47,026 nucleotides of DNA from a virus (taxonomy: Duplodnaviria > Caudoviricetes), in the IMG/VR virus record IMGVR_UViG_3300035562_000054, positions 1 through 47,026 of that record; one strand, 5' to 3'. Under the pieces are notes generated by a model, which was not told the DNA's origin, made no database searches, and saw only the letters and a list, made by a program, of their open reading frames with translations. Every line of letters starts with the position of its first letter. Positions within the stretch are counted from its first letter, which is position 1. This document shows, piece by piece, positions 42,965 to 47,026 of the stretch. The position numbers were made by a program, and so were the translations under genes.

Positions 42965-44935
42965 TTATTTAAAAGGGTTTTTGTAGCGTTCTATGTACTG
43001 CTCACCAAATTTATGGGAAGCGTAATCGGTGAAGTGGCCCACATCACGATATACCGGGATGCCATCAATATCCGTTTTGCAGGTGTTACCCGAACATTGC
43101 ACATCTTTAGGGTCTATCACGATCAATGAGGGATAATCATTTTTAATTTTATTAAATAATTGAGTGAACCATTCATTATTGTCCCCTACCCAAAGGTTAG
43201 GGTTACAGCTGTTAGGGGTGTAATCCTTCCTTATCTTTATATGCTGATAAAAACAACTCATGTAGTTTTGTGGCATGACGTAGATCGTTTTTATAATAAC
43301 TGGTTTTGCGCCAGATTTTATAATGATATCCAGTGCGTTCCTCATTGCCGCTTCTATTCTTACCCTCGATAAATTAATTGAACGTTTATCACCGATGTTG
43401 TTAATGATATTATCACCAGCATAGTTCATCCACACCTCACCGAGGATTACATAATCAAATTTTCCTTTCTTGATATTATCGTAATATCTTTCGGTGTTAT
43501 CGTGACATTCGTTATAAACCGTATTCTTAAAGTACCACCAGTCGAATTGGTAAATGCCCGGAAGGGTTAGACACGAAGATGTACCTTGAACCATAACTGA
43601 CATATGAGCATCTTTTGCCAGAGCATCAAAGAAACTCCAGAAATGATTAGAATTAGAATCACCAATTAATAATGCTCGTTTGTTAGAACTGACATCCCCC
43701 ACTATACAGTTTTTATCTGCGCCATCAGTATTCCCATTGAGGCACGACTCCCTGTAAGGGGATGCGTATTTTTGTAAGGTGGATTCAATACGGGCGTACT
43801 CTGAACCAAATCGGCTATTAAAACCATTATATTTTTCACTGATAGGGTATGAAATCAAGAAAAACAATGCAGGTATGATTACCAGTATTGAAAGAGATTT
43901 AGTTAATGACCACCGAATCTTTCTGCATGGTTTTTCAATGAAAATATAGGAAAGATACGCAGCAACAAACGTTACTACGAAACAGATAATCGTAAATAAT
44001 GTATTTTCTGTTAGTCCTAAGTATCTGCCTGTGGCAAAAATTGGCCAGTGCCAAAGATATAAAGAGTAAGAAATGGAACCAACAAAAACCAATGGAGGCA
44101 GAGACAATATACGTGATGCGATACCGTTAGTCGAAGTGCCTACTAAAATGAGTAACGCTGTAGCAATGCTAACAATTACTGCATGATAATCTGGGTAGCC
44201 AAGTACGATATTCGTTCTGGTGGCGCAATAAATTATTGCTACTAAAGACAGAACACCTAATATAGAGGCAGTGCTTTGTTTTAATTTTAATTGAGCATGG
44301 TTAAATACAATAAGACAGCCACCTATCATAAACTCAAAAATACGAGAGGTTAAGAAGTAATAGCTTTTGCTTGGGTATTTATCAGAGAGATACAGTGATA
44401 ACCCCAACATACTTACTGTGATAATAAGAGTTACTATTTTTGCGTTTCTATCTGAAAGATAACGGTTAAGAAGTAAAATCCCTGCTGGTAGTAACAGATA
44501 CCATTGCCATTCTATGGATAATGACCAAGTATGTAACAGCAATAGGTAGGCAGTGTCGGGCGATGCATACCCTGTAGTTGACCGAGCAAAATACTGATTT
44601 GAAGTTAATAAAGTTGTGTATTTTGCACTTCTTATATAATCAATGAAATCGGTTGGCAAGTAGAATATGGTTGCTAATATTAAAGTGAAAATTATAACAG
44701 TAATTAATGCTGGCTGTAGCCTCCACAAACGGCGGACATAAAAGCCTGAGAGTGAAAAGTCACTGTTTTTTAAAGATGCTTTTATTATTGATGTTATCAA
44801 AAAACCTGAAATCACAAAAAATATATCAACACCAATAAATCCTGATGGGAATAAGCTCAGTCCTCCGTGGAACATGAGAACGAACAACACTGCAATTGCT
44901 CTTAATCCATCTATGTCTGAACGATACTTAATCAT
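42965..44935 (-). CDS. O-antigen acetyltransferase (AT3 plus SGNH; OafA/OafB-like)
   Basis: YR.DIDGLRA.AV, GFIGVDIFFVISGFLI, HTWSLSIEWQWY, ISYSLYLWHWP; SGNH-domain GDS and D..H motifs; AT-rich. Confidence 0.92.
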   Translation of the reverse strand: MIKYRSDIDGLRAIAVLFVLMFHGGLSLFPSGFIGVDIFFVISGFLITSIIKASLKNSDFSLSGFYVRRLWRLQPALITVIIFTLILATIFYLPTDFIDYIRSAKYTTLLTSNQYFARSTTGYASPDTAYLLLLHTWSLSIEWQWYLLLPAGILLLNRYLSDRNAKIVTLIITVSMLGLSLYLSDKYPSKSYYFLTSRIFEFMIGGCLIVFNHAQLKLKQSTASILGVLSLVAIIYCATRTNIVLGYPDYHAVIVSIATALLILVGTSTNGIASRILSLPPLVFVGSISYSLYLWHWPIFATGRYLGLTENTLFTIICFVVTFVAAYLSYIFIEKPCRKIRWSLTKSLSILVIIPALFFLISYPISEKYNGFNSRFGSEYARIESTLQKYASPYRESCLNGNTDGADKNCIVGDVSSNKRALLIGDSNSNHFWSFFDALAKDAHMSVMVQGTSSCLTLPGIYQFDWWYFKNTVYNECHDNTERYYDNIKKGKFDYVILGEVWMNYAGDNIINNIGDKRSINLSRVRIEAAMRNALDIIIKSGAKPVIIKTIYVMPQNYMSCFYQHIKIRKDYTPNSCNPNLWVGDNNEWFTQLFNKIKNDYPSLIVIDPKDVQCSGNTCKTDIDGIPVYRDVGHFTDYASHKFGEQYIERYKNPFK

Positions 44936-45052
44936 ATTTCCTTATTCTTTTTATTCAGTCTATCTATTAGTAGGTATTTTACCAATCCACGCTACGGATA
45001 GCAAAGCGCCTTGGCTAGGGTGGGGATGAATCACAACACCATCAGTATCTGT

Positions 45053-45080
45053 TTGACGCTGTGCTCCGATAGAGTAGAAT
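45053..45080 (+). promoter_or_regulatory. Candidate repA leader promoter
   Basis: TTGACG-16 bp-TAGAAT. Confidence 0.55.
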
Positions 45081-45264
45081 ATTGATCGTTTTGCGATCCT
45101 TTCTGGATCTTTAACAAGGAGTTGGGTAATTTGAACCCATTCAGTACGGGATCTGGTGCATAACGCCGGGCCATGTGCTAGAGTTCACCTGTTGACTACA
45201 AAACGTAGCAAAACATGCAGTATGGGATTTATGGGCGCTTTCGCAGGGTATCGCGGGAGTCTAG

Positions 45265-45352
45265 AAGAACAAAGGCCCGCTAACGAATTAGCGGGCCTCT
45301 GCGGTTCAAATCATTGTCAGCCATAAGCCACACAACAAATCGAGCCTCGACA
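45265..45352 (-). ncRNA. Putative copy-control antisense RNA (CopA-like in size and position)
   Basis: Minus-strand promoter TTGCAT(45388-45383)-18-TATAAT(45364-45359); transcript ends in an 11-bp stem with a UUCG loop (45273-45298) and a U-rich tail. Confidence 0.65.
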
Positions 45353-45415
45353 ACTCCGATTATAGTGTGCCTCTGGCTGACAATGCAAGCGAATAGCAAG
45401 CATTAGGCCAGGAAA

Positions 45416-46240
45416 ATGGAAACCCACTCATCAGAGCCACGGCCGGGGATTATCAACCCCGATCCGAGGTACAAGCGACCAGATACATACAAGCGGCATA
45501 TGCCCGCGTTTATCACTCGTTTGCTTGATAGCATGGGTGAGGCCGATCTCACTACTCATCCCGCGTTCTACATGTTCACTGGTCGTCAACGCACTATACG
45601 GAAGCATGGCCGCAACAGCATAAACGCAACTCTTCGCACTCTAATAGCAAACGCCGACGTTCTGACCGCCTCAACAACGATCAGCTGTACAAGCATGTCA
45701 GCTCAGTGCGGGCTACAAAGCAAATCAGCATCGGGTAACAAGGGCATTACACGGTTTACCCGTGCCTTGAAAAACCTGGACGCGGCTGGCGCAACCCAAA
45801 CTAGCATTGAGCGTGACCCAGAGACGGGTAAATTTCTATCCGCTGTTGTTGTTATTACCGCTGTTGGGATGGCCATATGTGGTACGACGGAAAAAGCATG
45901 GCGCGCGGCCGCACGTATGCGCGCTAATTTCCAGGGTAAGCCGTTGGCCTATGGTGATGAGGAAGAGATCGACCTTAAACAGCGGCTAGCGGAACGCATG
46001 TCAGCATGGCGCGAGAGACAACGCGAGCGCAGCCGCGAAAAGGCAACCCGTAAGCGTGAGCGTACATTAGCGCGCCGGGCAAGTCGTAAAGATACTGAGC
46101 AGCAGCTACATACCCTCATTAAATCACTAACCAAATCACTACCGCTGGCCGAGTTAATAGAACTCGGGGCTGATGGCATTAAAAAGCGTGCCATGTCGCT
46201 ATTACGGCGAGTAACCTCGTCTCCTCCTGTACCTGAATAG
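45416..46240 (+). CDS. repA: Plasmid replication initiator, IncFII RepA family (divergent)
   Basis: NPDP, I.A.L..L....D, S...M...CGL...S..G...ITR.TRAL..L, DP..G..L and an Arg-rich C-terminus align with R1/R100 RepA motifs. Confidence 0.85.
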   Translation: METHSSEPRPGIINPDPRYKRPDTYKRHMPAFITRLLDSMGEADLTTHPAFYMFTGRQRTIRKHGRNSINATLRTLIANADVLTASTTISCTSMSAQCGLQSKSASGNKGITRFTRALKNLDAAGATQTSIERDPETGKFLSAVVVITAVGMAICGTTEKAWRAAARMRANFQGKPLAYGDEEEIDLKQRLAERMSAWRERQRERSREKATRKRERTLARRASRKDTEQQLHTLIKSLTKSLPLAELIELGADGIKKRAMSLLRRVTSSPPVPE

Positions 46241-46370
46241 ATCACCTCGACGTTAACCGCATTGGCTTGCGGGGGCATCGTTCATCCTGGCAACATCTAC
46301 GCTCGTTTTTTATACAAATCTGAGCGCTACCTCTCGACGTCGCCCCCTGTTTTTCCCCATCAAAGAATAA

Positions 46371-46505
46371 TTACTCACATTATCCGCAAATGGTTTCTTT
46401 CATTTATTTGCTAATGGTTCCTTGTTTTATCCGCAATGTTTCTTTTTCCTTTTTAAAGATGTTCTTTGATCAAAAAGACTTATCGCATTCTTCGAATGTG
46501 GATAA
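46371..46505. other. Probable replication origin downstream of repA
   Basis: Perfect DnaA box TGTGGATAA (46497-46505), near-matches TTATCCGCA (46380, 46427) and an AT-rich spacer; IncFII origins lie downstream of repA. Confidence 0.65.
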
Positions 46506-46899
46506 ATGACCGCCCTTGCAGCGGCTTACGCCGCGCCGGTTCGGAAAGGTCAACCTCTAAGGTAGCACCCGGCATAGCCGGGCAACCCGCTGTAAAGCCC
46601 CCACGTCTCCGACCGGAAACAACTACGCCGCGATCCATTTCGTGGACTTAAAACCCAGCTTAACAGGATAAGGGGCAAAGGGCGGTGGCCAACATGAAAA
46701 ATCGCGCCCATTTCTGACCGTAAGCGCTCATGAATCGAAAATGACCGCCCATTGTTCGTCTTCGCTGGGAAAGTGCTTAAAACGGCCATTTGAGCCTTTA
46801 AATTAGGTCAAATTAGAAAGCTTGTTTTGTTAACAAATGTGCAACATGAAAACAGACAGTTTTAAGACAGGAAAACATCCCTTTTTGGCCAGTTGGGAA

Positions 46900-47026
46900 C
46901 AATATTGTAACGAGTGCTCCCGGCCTGGTGCCGATAAGATCCATTATGTTAAATAGCGCCGATTTTCGCTAAATCATCCTTCTGATACACATTACATACA
47001 CACAGACTTGTCATTGTTTCATTGAT
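46900..47026. repeat. Duplicate of bases 1-127
   Basis: Exact sequence match, including the second copy of the Xer site. Confidence 0.95.

Noticed and set aside
46900-47026. Biological direct terminal repeat of a linear phage
   Set aside because: The length matches an assembler overlap, and a lambda-type terminase with an internal cos site predicts ends elsewhere.

Overview
The window is a complete circular replicon of about 46,899 bp; bases 46900-47026 duplicate bases 1-127, which is most likely an assembly overlap. It looks like an Enterobacterales temperate phage-plasmid. Plasmid functions: an IncFII-family RepA with a predicted antisense-RNA control region and a DnaA-box origin, a type Ib ParA plus RHH partition pair, a psi-like XerC/D site and a HicAB toxin-antitoxin. 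Phage functions: a CI/Cro switch, early genes (Ref, Q, two orphan methyltransferases, an exonuclease), a lysis cassette, a lambda-like cos, terminase and head, and a Mu/SfV-like contractile tail. I found no integrase, protelomerase or dedicated lytic replication gene. Accessory content includes a frameshifted IS91-family element and an O-antigen acetyltransferase moron. The most unusual parts are (i) four ~115-bp repeated promoter/operator modules that drive small unknown genes together with their own KorC-like repressor, (ii) a ~1.25-kb ORF-free, modular, highly structured RNA region ahead of the late genes, and (iii) two families of dispersed DNA motifs that link partition, immunity, packaging and replication loci. 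All protein calls come from motif recognition by eye; no database search was run.
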